A stretch of 64,000 nucleotides of DNA from Sminthopsis crassicaudata (lineage: Eukaryota): contig NC_133617.1 of the NCBI RefSeq assembly GCF_048593235.1, forward strand, positions 69,710,937 to 69,774,936, read 5' to 3'. The notes beneath the pieces are model-generated. The model was given only the letters and a program-made list of their open reading frames with translations, did not search any database and was not told the origin of the DNA. This document shows, one piece after another, positions 24,095 to 36,813 of the stretch. Position numbers and translations under genes: made by a program. Positions within the stretch are counted from its first letter, which is position 1. Each line of letters opens with the position of its first letter.

Positions 24095-24215
24095 ACTGAA
24101 GGTTAATAAACTCATCACCAATGAGCAGGAAACATGTCTGCAGAGGTTTTAATTACAGCGGAAAATTGGCCCAATTGGAATTTAATGTAGAATAAGTGTC
24201 TCGTTAACCGGACAG
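24095..24215. promoter_or_regulatory. Candidate enhancer element
   Basis: Unique sequence with ttaattac, cccaattgg, tttaatg, gttaataaac, cgttaaccgg and retained CpGs. Confidence 0.4.
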
Positions 24216-26861
24216 GGCAGAAGATACAGAGGTTTGCAGTTTCCTTTCTGCCCTGGCCTAGCCAATGTCCACTGGGGATCTCCAAGTCAAAAGGGATTTA
24301 TGTGCCTATCTTTTATGAGAAGTCAAAAAAAAAATTGAGTCACATTAAAAAAAGGGTCTTGTCCATGAACAATATTCTATGAAGCTAGAAAAAACATGAG
24401 TGGTCATTTAATCCAATTTCTTTCATTTAACTGGTGAAGATATAGGCCAGAGATAGTAAAGAACATGGCAAAGATGTCAGAGCTAAGTAATAGAGCTGGG
24501 AATTAAGTTCAGGTCTTCTGACCATGACAGAATGGTAGAAAGAGCACAGTATTACGAATTTAAATCTGGGATTTTAATTAATTATTAATTGATTGATTAA
24601 AATCAGTTTCTGGTTCTTTCCCTTACTACCTGTGTGATCCTGAAGAAGTCACTTAATCTCTCTGGGCCTCAGTTTCCTTATTTGTAAAATGAAGAGTTGG
24701 ACTAGTTGACCTCTAAAGTATACTGCTGCTCCAGTTCTGAGATCCCTTGATTTTAAATCCAGTTTTCTTTCATTACACTACACAGACTGCAGCATTATAC
24801 AAAAATGCCTGCCTCAAAGGACCTAGTTTTTCAATAAAGGGAATGAAGGAGTTCTCTGAAATCTATATTCAAAATTCTATCTGACTCTGAACCAGACACC
24901 ATGCTTTGAGGGGGTTGAGGATGGGGCTTAAGCTTTTCAGCTTTGGAACAACACCCTCATCCCCACCCCTGCCCCCACCTATGCTGGTGCTTCACATGCT
25001 ACATCAGTCATCTTATTATGTACCCTACTGTTTCCTCCTCTTCCTCTCTCCAGTTCTAGAATCATAATCAAATTATGAACGCTCTTGCTATTGGACAGGG
25101 AATGACAATCAGCCCCTCTGTGTCTCCATTCACCATCCCTGAGATTTCCAAAAATAAAACGCCCCTGGTTAGTGCCCATTCCCCAGTATATGTGGAGTCA
25201 CCATATACTCTGTTAGAATGTAAGCTTCTTAAGGGCAGGGACTATCTTGTTATTGAAATTGTAATTAAAACAGGACTGTGATGTATATAATCATTCAGTG
25301 ACTTTCAGTGAGTTACTTTGCCTCTTAGGGTCTCAATTTTTACTCTCCTGGAAAATAAAGACATTGGACTCCTTAAAATACAAGTTCCCTTCTATCTCTA
25401 ATCCATGGATCCTATACCCTATATAGCTAACTCCAGAACCCAGTAGATTAATCAGTCAGCCAATCAAACAGTACACATTTATTAAGCACTTACCATATGT
25501 CAGACACTGTGCTAAGTGCTGGGGATAAATTAAAAAAAAAAAAATTAAAAAAAAAAAAAGTCAAGCCCATTCCTGCCCTTAAGGAGCTTACAATATGATG
25601 GTTCAAAAAAAAACAGCTAGGTGGCAAATAGGCAGGGTGTTTGACTTTGAGTTGGAAAGATCTGGGTTCCAACCAACTTCAAAGTGCTCTGTAATTCTAG
25701 ACAAGTCATTTAACCTTTCTCATTTTCAGTCTTCCTAACAGAAAGATAGTAACAGGGAGGTAACTACCTCCCAGGATTGTTGGGGTTTCAAATAAGATAA
25801 CATATTTAAAGAGCAGAAAAAAGCTTAAAAGTGCTATGTAAATGATGATAATGATGATCCCAAGGCTCTGCCCTTTGTATTCTTTTTCCCTTTATGTGGC
25901 AAAAATCTGGCGTTAGAAGATGGAATGCCTTATTCTGGAAGGGAGCTTGAAGCTGTGGGAATCAGTGTTCTCCCTACCTTCAGAACTTGCTGAGACAAGT
26001 CTAAGGAGGTCTCCAGGGATCAGGAGGAAAGGGAATAAAAAGAAGCAGAGAATTAGATGAGTTGAGGGTTATAAGAAACTCATTCTTTTCTCCTGCCCTC
26101 TCCCATAAGTCCAAACGTAATTTAGTTTAGTTGTTCTATCTTTTCTCCCCATCACTTAAAGAAGTAGCTACTTTCCTAAGAAGGAAGGTAAAAATAATAA
26201 CAATAACTTCTATTTCCATGGAGGTTTAAAGTTTACTCAGTTTTACTCTTTTCTCACAACAATGCTCTTAAGCATTATGGATCCCATTTGATAGTAAGGA
26301 AACCCCCTCCTGGTGTCTGGTTCAGAAAGGTAAATGGAGTTTCTCAAGGTCACACAATGAGAAAGATGAGCGAACGAATGAAAGCTTGCTTGCCATAGGC
26401 TGCCTTTCAGGACAAAAGGATCCCCTTCCACTGACTGTAAAACTAAAAAAATAAAAAACCCGGCTGCACCGACACCCCTACTCTGGCTCATGCATATTCA
26501 GGACTCTACAAACTCCCCCAGGCAGCTGTGTCCTTAATCCAGAGGAGCAATGACCTAATTTAGGTTGGAGAGATGGCCAGGCTCCTTTCCAAGCTGCTGG
26601 GGCGGGGTTAGAAGTAATATGACTGTAACTCTCCTTAGAAGGGAAGGAGATCTAGGGAAGGCTACTGGTAAATGTCCAGAAAGAGGTTAGTTTCTCAGTC
26701 CCTGGGATGAGAAGCCACTCCTGGAAGATTGATTCTGAGCTACTACTTACAACCCTAGGCACATACACAGGTGCACAGCTGCTCTCCAGGTACATCTATC
26801 TACATGTTCATCTTCAGCAATGAATGCCAATCTAGGATTCACCTGCTCCCCAAAACACATC

Positions 26862-26862
<1 letters not shown>

Positions 26863-26913
<51 letters not shown>
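26863..26913. repeat. (CA)n microsatellite, about 25 units
   Basis: Direct inspection. Confidence 0.95.
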
Positions 26914-26914
<1 letters not shown>

Positions 26915-27118
26915 CCCAAGCCACCCAATTTTCCACCCTCCTTTTTCTTGCTTAGTTTGTTTCTTGTACCCAGAATGCCCTCCTTCCCAATTCCCCTTTA
27001 AGTATAAAGCTTGATTTTGCCACTTCCAGGAAGTCTCTTATCTTCTTCCTTATCTCCTTTGAACTTCACTGGACATTTGATAAAGTATCTTATACTATTT
27101 TTATGGAAAAGAGAGGCT

Positions 27119-27622
27119 CACAGTTCTAATGGTCTTGTGATAGAGAGACATCTGCATACATGGAGAGGACAGTGGAAACTGAGTATGGATTTTTTGTTTT
27201 GTTATTGTTTGCTTGGTTTTCGTTTTCTCTCTCTTTTTTTTTCCTTTTTGATCTGATTTTTCTTGTGCAGCATGATAATTGTAGAAATATATAGAGAAGA
27301 ACTGCACATGTTTAACATATATTGGATTACTTGTGTCTAAGGGGAGAAGTGAGGAGAAAAAAAGTGGAAGACAAGGTTTTGCAAGGGTGAAAGTTGAAAA
27401 CTATTCAAATATTTCTTTTTTATTAATTTTTTTAATTAAAGCTTTTTATTTTCAAAATATATACAAGGATAATTTTTGACATTCATCCATACAAAACCCT
27501 GTGGTTTATTTTTTTCCCTCCCTCCACCCCACCCCCCAATTGACAAGCGATCCAATATATGTTGAACATGTTGTGCATATATGTCAAAAATAAAAAGCTT
27601 TTAAAAAAATAAAAAGAAAAGA
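27119..27622 (+). mobile_element. L1 3' UTR insertion with 12-bp TSD
   Basis: TSD aaaagagaggct at 27107-27118 and 27623-27634; L1 3' UTR text (cttgtgcagcatgataattgtagaaatatatagagaagaactgcacatgtttaac). Confidence 0.85.
27411..27592 (-). mobile_element. Second L1 3' tail nested in opposite orientation
   Basis: T-rich tail then gctttttattttcaaaatatat...tccaatatatgttgaacatg, reverse complement of an L1 3' terminus. Confidence 0.8.
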
Positions 27623-30600
27623 AAAAGAGAGGCTAGTGCAATTTGATGGTGTCAAAAGAGGTTGAACAGCCAGATTCAAAAAGAAGTTGTTAATGGTTCA
27701 ATGTCAATTTGGCGCTCCAGTGGAGTCTGAACTTCGTCTGTGCCATTTAACCTTTTCATCAATGACTCGGATAAAGGCATCATGCTCAACACATTTGTAG
27801 TTGGCCAAAAGGAAAAAAAAGGGGGGGAGGGGTTTAGTTAATATACTTGAGTCAGGATCTAGGGATGGGCTAAAAGCATTAGACTAAGACTAAAAAGATG
27901 ACATCCAATTGTGAGAACTGTAAAGGCTTCTCCCTTGAGTTCCAAAATTCAATTTCACAGGAGAGAATGGAGGAGTCATGGTTAGAGAGCAGTTTGTCTG
28001 AAAAAGATCTTGGGGTTTTAATGGATCACAAGCTCAATTTGAGTTATTAGGGTGATGTGGCAACCAAAAAACAAAAAGCTAATGTGGTCTTGAACTGCAT
28101 TAAGAGAGGAATAGATTCCAGGAGAGGATGTGACAAGTCCAATAGACTTTTCCCACATCAGACCTTATTCTGAATATTATGTTCAGCTTCAGGCACCAGA
28201 GATAAACTGGAAAGGGTCCAAATGAGGACAGCCACGATGGTGACAGGCCTTAAGCTCATGTCATATGAGAATCAGTTCTAGGAACAGGGATTGTTTAGCC
28301 TAAAACAGAAAAAACGACTCAGAGGGGACATGATGATAGCTATGTTCAAATATTTGAAGGGCTTTCTTGTGGAAGAGAATTAGACTTGTTCTTTTAGCCC
28401 CTGAGGGGAGAATCATGAGCAGTGGGTGGAAGTTGCAAGGAAGCAAATTTAGGCTTGATGTCAGGGAAAAAAATAAAAGAAAACAAAAAAAAAAAAAAAA
28501 ACCTGGAAAAAAATCACATAAACCCCACAAATTCCCCATAATTAGAGCCTCCTCAGGGAGAAAATCGCTGTCTAGGGAGGTGGTGGCTTCCTCCTTGGAG
28601 GTTCCAGGCAGAGGCTGCAGACCACTTGGTGGGTTTGTCAGAGTAGGTGGCCTTTTGCATCTGCTTCGGACTAGATAACCCTTCTAACTCGTCCATTCGG
28701 GGATTGTGTTTTGTTCCCTTCCCCGGATCATGCCCTTTTCTTTCAGTGTTGTATATTAGATTTTTCTTTGTTTATGTCTCAGTCTCCTGTGAGGACGGCC
28801 ATATTCAGAGTCTCAACTTTATATTTGTCCCAGCAAAGATTTCTGCACGATGTAAGCACTGGTAATGAATAAATGAACCCATGTATAAACCTCCTGGGTA
28901 CCCAGTCTGGATACACCAGCCCTGGTCCGTCACTGGGGAAAGCATGGTCACAGAGATCTTCTCTGCTGCCAGCTTCTTTGGCAGAGAAACCAACACTCCT
29001 CCAGCCAATGGAAATATGTAACTGTCCTAATCCGTAAAAAGATTGGGAGAGACCCCACCCCATCTCCCCAGAGCTCTGCCATCCATCAGAGAAAGCTGGA
29101 AGAAGGCAGCATTAACTGTAAAGAACTGAGTTCTCACTCCAGGAGACGCTAGCAGTGTCTCAGAGTTAGAAAGGATCTCATATGTCACACTCAAACAATG
29201 ACACTCATTCAATGTTTGCTTGAAGACCTCTCACTGAGGGGGAACTCACTACCTATGAGACAACCATTTCACTAGAGAAGAATTCTACATAGTAAGAATT
29301 TTCTCCTTAGATCAAGCTTGCCTTTCTGTAATATCTTTCCTCAGATCCCATTTTGTCCTCTGGGACTAAGCAGAACAAATCTAATATCTTTGCCCCAATG
29401 GTCCTTCACATAGTAAGTCTCCTTTTCTCCAAGTTAAACATTTCCAATTCCTTTAAGCTTTTAATTATTTTTATTAATTTACTTATTAAGGGTTTATTAA
29501 GCACTTACAGTATGCACACCAGGCACTGTGATATACAAAGAAAGGCAAAAACAGTTCCTGACCTTAAGGAGCTTACATTCTAAAAGGGGACACACATAGA
29601 TAATATGGATTATCTACCTTTTCAGCTTTCTGCACAGCCTGCATTTTTTTTTCCATATCTGTTCTAACATGTGGTACCAAGAATTGAGCATAATACGCTA
29701 GGTGTGTCTAGCAGAGAGGAGAATTCAGGACTCTTACTTCCATCATTCTGGATGCTAGGCTCCTATTAATTCAACTGCAGATGCCATGTTCTCCATCCTC
29801 CCTCTCAAGCACTGGGGATCTCTACCAGTTTTTTTCATATATCTTGCCTCTCCATCTCTGAATGAGAGGCAGAGATGTGAATGGACCCAGGCGCCGCTAC
29901 TCTATGCTCCCTCCCAGAACCACAGAGACCTTCCACCAGGGGTTAAGGGTTAAGCCTATCTACCCCTTAGCCTCCTGTCCCCAAAAGCCTTCCTTCACCA
30001 CCCCCATCACCTGAACTCCGTGCTCACTTCAAAGATGGGAAAGGAACTCTGGCCTCCCCGACTCCCAGGAGCCCACCTGAACAGCCTGCAGCCCTCAGCC
30101 TCTCACTTTGCCGGAGGGCCCGAAAATCGCTTGCAGCTCCAATTAATGCCCTGGCATCCTCCACGGAGCCAGCTTAATTACCTCATAATGAGTATAAGGC
30201 AGGGACCCTGGATGCCAAGGAAACTCGGTCTGGAGAGTATTCACCTTGATCTCCTGGAGAAGAGGGGGGATTTTTTTTTTTACTCCCCACCCCACTTCTT
30301 TAAGGAAATAAGAAAAAGTAGTCCCTGCAGCCAGTCGAATGCATAGATTTCCACTATTTCCCAAATCCTCCTGAACTTGCTAAAGGCCACTGAGACAGGG
30401 TCTGGCCCTGAGGCTTAGGTAGAATTTTAAAAGGGAGCATTTACTAATGGTATGGAGAGAGGAAAAAAATAAACCCACCTTTTCCAATAGTTTTTTTTTT
30501 TTTTTCCAGAGCCCAAGGAGGCGGGCATGAGGTTACATCCCTTCTTATTGCCAGGATATAAAGGAGAACAACCTCCCTTCAGTAGTTCCCATCTCATGGG

Positions 30601-32631
30601 CATCAGAAGATAATTGATTTAAAGCTAGAAAGGACTTAGCGGTCACCTTGTTTGATCTTATCTTTTCATCAAAAAGGAAACTGAGTCCCTAAAGAGAAAG
30701 TAGACACGCCCAAGATCGTGTAGGTAATTTGAAGTTGGTTGAACCAATACATCTAGTCTGGCCTCCTCCCGCCCCCCCCCCCCCCGCCTTTTTTTTTTTT
30801 TTTCTTCCTAAAGAAAGAAAAGGAAACTGCCCCACTTTAGAGAAAGTGAATTCTCCAGAGGTCACTCAGGCAATAAGTGCCCTAACGGAAATTCACGTCG
30901 GGGGCCCTCTGACCCAATCCTGGGTACTTCATATCATTTCATCGCTGCCTCTCAGACGAGCCTGGTCCTCTATGACCCTCCTCTCCCTTCCCTTTTCCCC
31001 ACCCCATGTGGGTTTTTAGCATTAATCAAAAAGATGCTGTTTTACATGTTCCTCCTGCAAGGTGAAGGTTCATTTCCCAGCTCCTTCTCCAAAGGGCCTC
31101 CAGCTAAAAAGGCTGGGGATCTGAGATCCTGCCTGATTTAAGCCCTGCCCTCAGGGCCTCCCTGCCAGGGCATGGAAGGAAATTAGAGCTAAGTAGGATT
31201 TAGAGTCCCCTCCTGCTCCACGAAGAGATTAGATGAGATCAATGTACTGAGGCTTCCGGAAAGATCTCCCTGGGGGGCCTCATTAATATCTCTTGCCCTA
31301 ACCGGTAATTAACAGACTTACAGGGGACCCAGCTGGTCTTCCACCCCCGTCCCCTTGTTCTGTCGGAAGGAGTAGGATCTCCTGAAGCCCCTTCCCTTCT
31401 CTGCCAGGATGGACCTGCAGTAGGTAAAGACCCATATTTAAATCCCATTTCCCATTTACCAGCTGGGACCCTGGACAATTTATACAATCTCCTCCAGCCT
31501 GAGTTTCCTTATCTGTAAAATGGGGAAAATGACTGGTGCTCACTTCTAAGACTGTGATGGGGAATTAAATAAGGTGATGGTCAAGTGCTTTACCACCTTA
31601 AAAGACTTTCGAAAGGTCAGCTCTTACTATGACTAGGATTCCTCCTCAGATTTGCTGTTTCTATTTCATTTAATCTGCTTGAGCTTGGTTGTGCTTTCAT
31701 GTGGGAGGGAGGTCCAGGGAAATCAGGCCAGTGAAAAAAGAGATGGAAGGGACACCATTTAGTCTTTTACACACAACTGACCTTGAAGCAATTCCCCTGC
31801 AATAGAAAGAGTACTTTATTTGCAGTCAGAGAACCTGGGTTTGAATTCTTTTTCTGGTTAAACCTCAGTTTTCTCATCTGTAAAATGAGAGAGTGAGACC
31901 AAAATGACTTCTGTGATCCTTTGTTTTTTCTAACCTGACATATTAGAATGATTATCAATTGGATATCTGGGAAGTGTGCCTGGAAGGGAGATCCTAGGAA
32001 TTGGAAAGTTGTACCCAGTGGGAATTCTCTCCCACAGATCCTTGCCTTATGGTAGCAGCCCAGGCTGCTAGTAGAAATCTGCCTGTGGGAGGGGGCAGCT
32101 TGAAGAGCCCAGACTAGCGGCTTTGGACATGTGATTCCATATAGGAAATACCTTCTTTTTCCAGGTCACCTCTTCATTAACCTATACTGGAATGGAGAAA
32201 ATAACAGCCTCTACTTCTCAGGGCCGTTGTAAGGATAAAATGAAATATTTATAAAGTGCTTTGCACATCTTAACATGCTACATAAATGTTAGCTATTAAT
32301 ATATCGTCATCATCATCATCATCACTGTCTACAACACAACCAGAAGTTAGCTTTTTTAAAAAGTGTCTAACTAGAACTGGATCAGTCATATGATTTCATT
32401 GATAAAAGGAACTTCAAAATAAGGAAACTTCCTGTGAGATGCATGTCAGTAGAACTTTTGCAACTTAGTTTTAAGAGATTTCATTTCAGCACTCTGAGGG
32501 TATGTTATAGCCAGGGCTGCTTTTCAGAGCTTGGTGACTGCCCAGTCGGTACATATCAAAGGTGGGGTTGAAGGTTGCTTTTCCTTGCACAGAGGTCAGA
32601 CAAAACAAAGGTCATGAAATCCATATATTTT

Positions 32632-32875
32632 TTTTCTCTCTAACTCATTTTTAAAAATTTTATAATTATAACATTTTTGGCAGTACATATGCATAGGTAA
32701 TTTTTTACATTATCCCTTGTACTCCCTTCTGTTCCAAATTTTCCCCTCCTTCTCTCCTCCCCCTCCCCTAGATGGCAGGCATTCCCATACATATTAAATA
32801 TGTTATAGTATATCATAGGTACAATATGTTTGTGCAGAACCGAATTTTGTTGTTGTTGTTGCAAAGGAAGAATTG
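32632..32875 (-). mobile_element. Young 5'-truncated L1 with perfect 16-bp TSD
   Basis: gaaatccatatatttt at 32616-32631 and 32876-32891; empty site reads TTTT/AT; body is a reversed L1 3' UTR. Confidence 0.9.
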
Positions 32876-34039
32876 GAAATCCATATATTTTATTCCTAAT
32901 TGGGACTCACAAAACATAGCCATTATGAGGGCAGGGACAAGTACTACAAACCAGGTTGGGGAGGGGGCAAGCCAAAAGAAGTATACGTTCCTTTGAGTCA
33001 GGGTAGAGGCCAATACCTTATGGAGACCAAGTCTGGTCCAAGTTTTGATCGACTGCAGAATGGTCATAACAAATTATATTTGCTACCTAGGTGGTATTTA
33101 TTGTTTCTATTTTTTCTGGACAACAGGCACCCTCTATATTCTTATCCCTGAGGCAAAGTTCTAGTTGCCCTACCTTTGTCACATCATCTTGATTCTTGAT
33201 ACAAACAGGCTTGGTTACCCAGCCATCCCAAATTAGAAGCTGGGAATAAGGGGGAGGGAGTACTGCTAAAGAAAGAACCAACAGTAACTGAAAACAAGGA
33301 AAAGCTATAAAAAGATGACAGAATCTCAAAAAAATGGAACATTCTGAGGTCATTTAGTATATACATAATGTTAGAAATGACTTTAAAGTCATCAAGTTTA
33401 ACCTTCGAATTTCCTACGTGAGAAAATAGGTCTGGAGAGGGAAAGGGCCTTGCCTCAAGTCACAGAGTAAATAGCAGAGTCAAGATTTGAACCAAGGGCC
33501 CTACTTCCAAGTATAGAAGTCTTCCACTATGTGATTCTATGCCCATTGTGGGCACTGAGAAAGATCAAATTAATATATAGTTATCTGTTTAGGAAAAGAA
33601 CCAACTTTAGAAAGATCTCTATAAGAAATGCCTTTATTTTGTTTTTTTTGTTGTTGTTGTTTTAGTACTTTGAAAATTTTAATCTGCGTTATCTAATGGA
33701 TTCATTGATGGAGAACACCTCATTCCTTTAGGCAATTGGATAATCGAGGCATTACCAGACCTTTGGAATCATTCACCCACAAGAGACCTGGTTCCAAGTG
33801 GGAAAAGATACAGCTGGAGAATGGTAATCACAAAGGAGGTGCGTCAGGATTTTTAAACAAGGTACATAGGAAGAAGCCTTCCCCCCAAAATAGAGAGGGA
33901 AGCTCAAGTAGGAACACACCTTCAGAATTTCAAGTTATAATCATTTCCTATGGTATTGAGGAGAGATTCTTAATCTGGATCAAGGGAAAGTGTGGATAGA
34001 TTTCAGGGGTACCATGGACTTGGGGAAAAACAATGGCAA

Positions 34040-34325
34040 TTTTCACTAATCTGTGGTTTTCTTTGTAATCCTCTGTTTTTTATTTTGTGAATTTAAAAAC
34101 ACTATTCTGGGGCAGCTAGTTGGTGTAGTAGATAGAGCACCAGCCTTGAAGTCAGGACCTGAGTTCAAATGTGACTCCCGACACTTAACTGTGTGACCCT
34201 GGGCAAGTCACTTAACCCCAATTGCCAAAGCAAAAAAACCAAAAAACCAAAAAAACATTATTCTGAACAGAGGTCTGTAAGCTTTCTCAGAGAATTCCAT
34301 GGCACTTAAAAAAAAAAAACACAAA
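34040..34325 (-). mobile_element. Charlie4z-like hAT MITE split by a SINE
   Basis: ttttctttgtaatcctctgtttttattttgtgaatttaaaaacactattctg | aacagaggtctgtaagctttc...ttccatggcac. Confidence 0.55.
34110..34250 (+). mobile_element. WSINE1-like SINE with 15-bp TSD
   Basis: gggcagctagttggtgtagtagatagagcaccagccttgaagtcagg...cacttaaccccaattgcc, patterned A tail; TSD aaaaacactattctg (34095-34109) / aaaaacattattctg (34251-34265). Confidence 0.9.
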
Positions 34326-35380
34326 ACCTCTGGCTTAGTGGGAGAGACGGAGAGAGAAAAGCGGGTTGCTTCTAAGATAATGAGCTCTCTGCCACCTAAA
34401 AGCAGGAAACAAGCATAAAGATTCATCCAATATCATACAGCAAGCATTAAGCAAAAAAGATCATGTTTGGGGCAGTTGTTTGGTCCGTGCTGACCTCTTG
34501 AGGTTGCCTATTCTCCATTATTATGGTTGCTTACACTTTGTGTTTTTGTTGTTTTGAAACTTCCTCTCTTGTTCACTTAACTATAGAATCTCTACTTCTA
34601 ATTTTATCATTGCATTGTAACTGTTCTCTATAAAGTTACCAATAGGTTTTTCTCAAACCTCATCCTTTTTGACCTTCCTGCAAACATTGACCTTGTCAAA
34701 TACTCTTCTCTCTTCCCTCTAGGTTTTCATGATACTCCTCTCTCCTGGTTCTTCAGCTCTCTAACTGTTCATTCTCCAGTCTCTCCTTTGCTGGATTTTC
34801 ATCTAGGTCATATTCTTCAATCATGGGTGTTGAACCCAATTATATTTTCTCTTATCTTAGAATCTCTTTTCTTCTTCCTCTGTACTATTTCTCTTGATAA
34901 TCAACAGCTCCAATAGATTCAATTGTCAGCTCTATGTTCATTATTTTCATTTCAACTTATGCAACCCTCACCTCTCTCATGACTTCCCATATTGTACCTT
35001 CAACTATTTGGACGTCTCAAACTGGACATACTGTAGATATCTAAAGTCATTTTGTATAAAAGTGAACTCATTATGTTTTCTCCCAAATCCTACCTAATTC
35101 TATCCTCCCTAGTCCCTCAGGCTCACAACTTAGGAGTCATCCTTAACTCATCAAACTCTCTCACATCATATCCTCTCCCTCCCTCCCCATATCCAGATTT
35201 TTGCCAAGGCTTATCAGTTTTTCCTTTGCAACATCTCTCTTATGCACCCCCTTCTTTCCACTGATATTGCCTCTGATATTGGTGCAAGCCCTCACCACCA
35301 CATATCTGACTGTTTCCCATCCATAAGTTTCTCTGTCCTTCTCTCACTTGTCAAATCATCTCCTTAAAAAATAGATTTGA

Positions 35381-35880
35381 GTGTAACAGCTCTTTTTTTG
35401 AGGCGGCAAGGAATTGGAAATTGAATGAATGCCCACCACTTGGGAGATGACTGAATAAATTATGGTATATGAATGTAATGGTATATTATTGTTCTATAAG
35501 AAATGATGAGCTGATTTCAGAAAAGCCTGGACAGATTTACATAAACTGATGCCGAGTGAAACAAGCAGAATCAGAAAAATACTATACATGGTAACAAGAA
35601 GATTATGTGATGATCAGCTATGATAGACTTGGCTTTTCTCAGCAATACAGTGACCAGAGGCAATCCCAATAAACTTTGGATGGAAAATAGCATACTCATC
35701 CAGAGATAGAAATATGGAGACTGAATGTAGATCAATGAACATTATTTTCAACTTTTTTTCTCCTTTTTTTTTCTTGTAGTTTTTCCCCCTTTGTTCTGAT
35801 TTTTCTCTCCCAACATGTGTCCTATGGAAATACGTAAAAAATGAATGTACATGTGCAATCTTAAAAAATATAAAAGTTTT
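35381..35880 (+). mobile_element. L1 3' end
   Basis: cagctctttttttgaggcggcaaggaattggaaattgaatgaatgccc...ataaattatggtatatgaatgtaatgg. Confidence 0.85.
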
Positions 35881-35895
35881 TTGTAAACATTAAAG

Positions 35896-36034
35896 NNNNN
35901 NNNNNNNNNNNNNNNNNNNNNNNNNNNNNNNNNNNNNNNNNNNNNNNNNNNNNNNNNNNNNNNNNNNNNNNNNNNNNNNNNNNNNNNNNNNNNNNNNNNN
36001 NNNNNNNNNNNNNNNNNNNNNNNNNNNNNNNNNN
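35896..36034. other. Assembly gap (139 N)
   Basis: Run of N. Confidence 1.
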
Positions 36035-36500
36035 TTTGAAAGACAACATGAACTGATGCTGAATGAAATGAGCAAAACCAGGAGAACAATTGTACACAGT
36101 AACAACATTGTATGAGATCAACTATGATAGACTTAGCTCTTCTCAGCAATACTTGGATCACTATCCAAGACAATTCCAATAGACTTGAGATGAAAAATAC
36201 CATCTGCATCCAGAGAAAGAAATATAGAATCTGAATGCAGATCAAAGCATGCTATCTTCACTTTTTTTTGTTTTTTCTTTCTCATGCTTTTTTTTTCTCT
36301 TTTTTTCTGATTTTTTATAACATGACAAATATGGAAAATCTTTAAAATGATTGTATATGTATAACCTATATCATAATGCTTTCTGTTTTGGGGAAGGGGA
36401 GGTAAAGGAGAGAGGGAGAAAAATTTGGAACACAAAATCTTACAAAAATCAATGTTGAAAACTATTTTTACATGTATTTGGAAAATAAAATACTATTGAG
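36035..36500 (+). mobile_element. L1 3' end
   Basis: catgaactgatgctgaatgaaatgagcaaaaccaggagaac...aaatcaatgttgaaaactatttttacatgtatttggaaaataaaat. Confidence 0.85.
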
Positions 36501-36813
36501 GAAAAAAAATTCTGTAGTTGGAATCAGAAGATGTTCATTCCTGGCTCTACAACTTATCAGGTATTAGTGTTGTAATGAAATTCCTGAGGAAGAGATTAAA
36601 AGGATACTTATTGGACAGTGTCAAAACATATCAATAAAATATTTTCACCAAAAATATTGAAAACTATCTTTACATGTAATTGGAAAAATAAAATATTGTT
36701 GGAAATTTGTTTTGAAAAGTAGATTTTACTATGTCAATGACCCACCTTCAACTCCCCCTAAAATGCCAGTGGCTCCATCTTACTTCCAGGATCAAATTCA
36801 AAGTCTTCTGTAT

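Larger units (their letters stand above)
27065..28700 (+). mobile_element. CR1/L3 RT and 3' region, interrupted by L1
   Basis: catttgataaagtatcttatac before the L1; resumes with gttaatggttcaatgtca, tctgaaaaagatcttggggttttaatggatcacaagctcaat and an L3 tail. Confidence 0.85.

Noticed and set aside
35748-36245. ORFs spanning the second gap
   Set aside because: N-gap plus antisense L1 sequence
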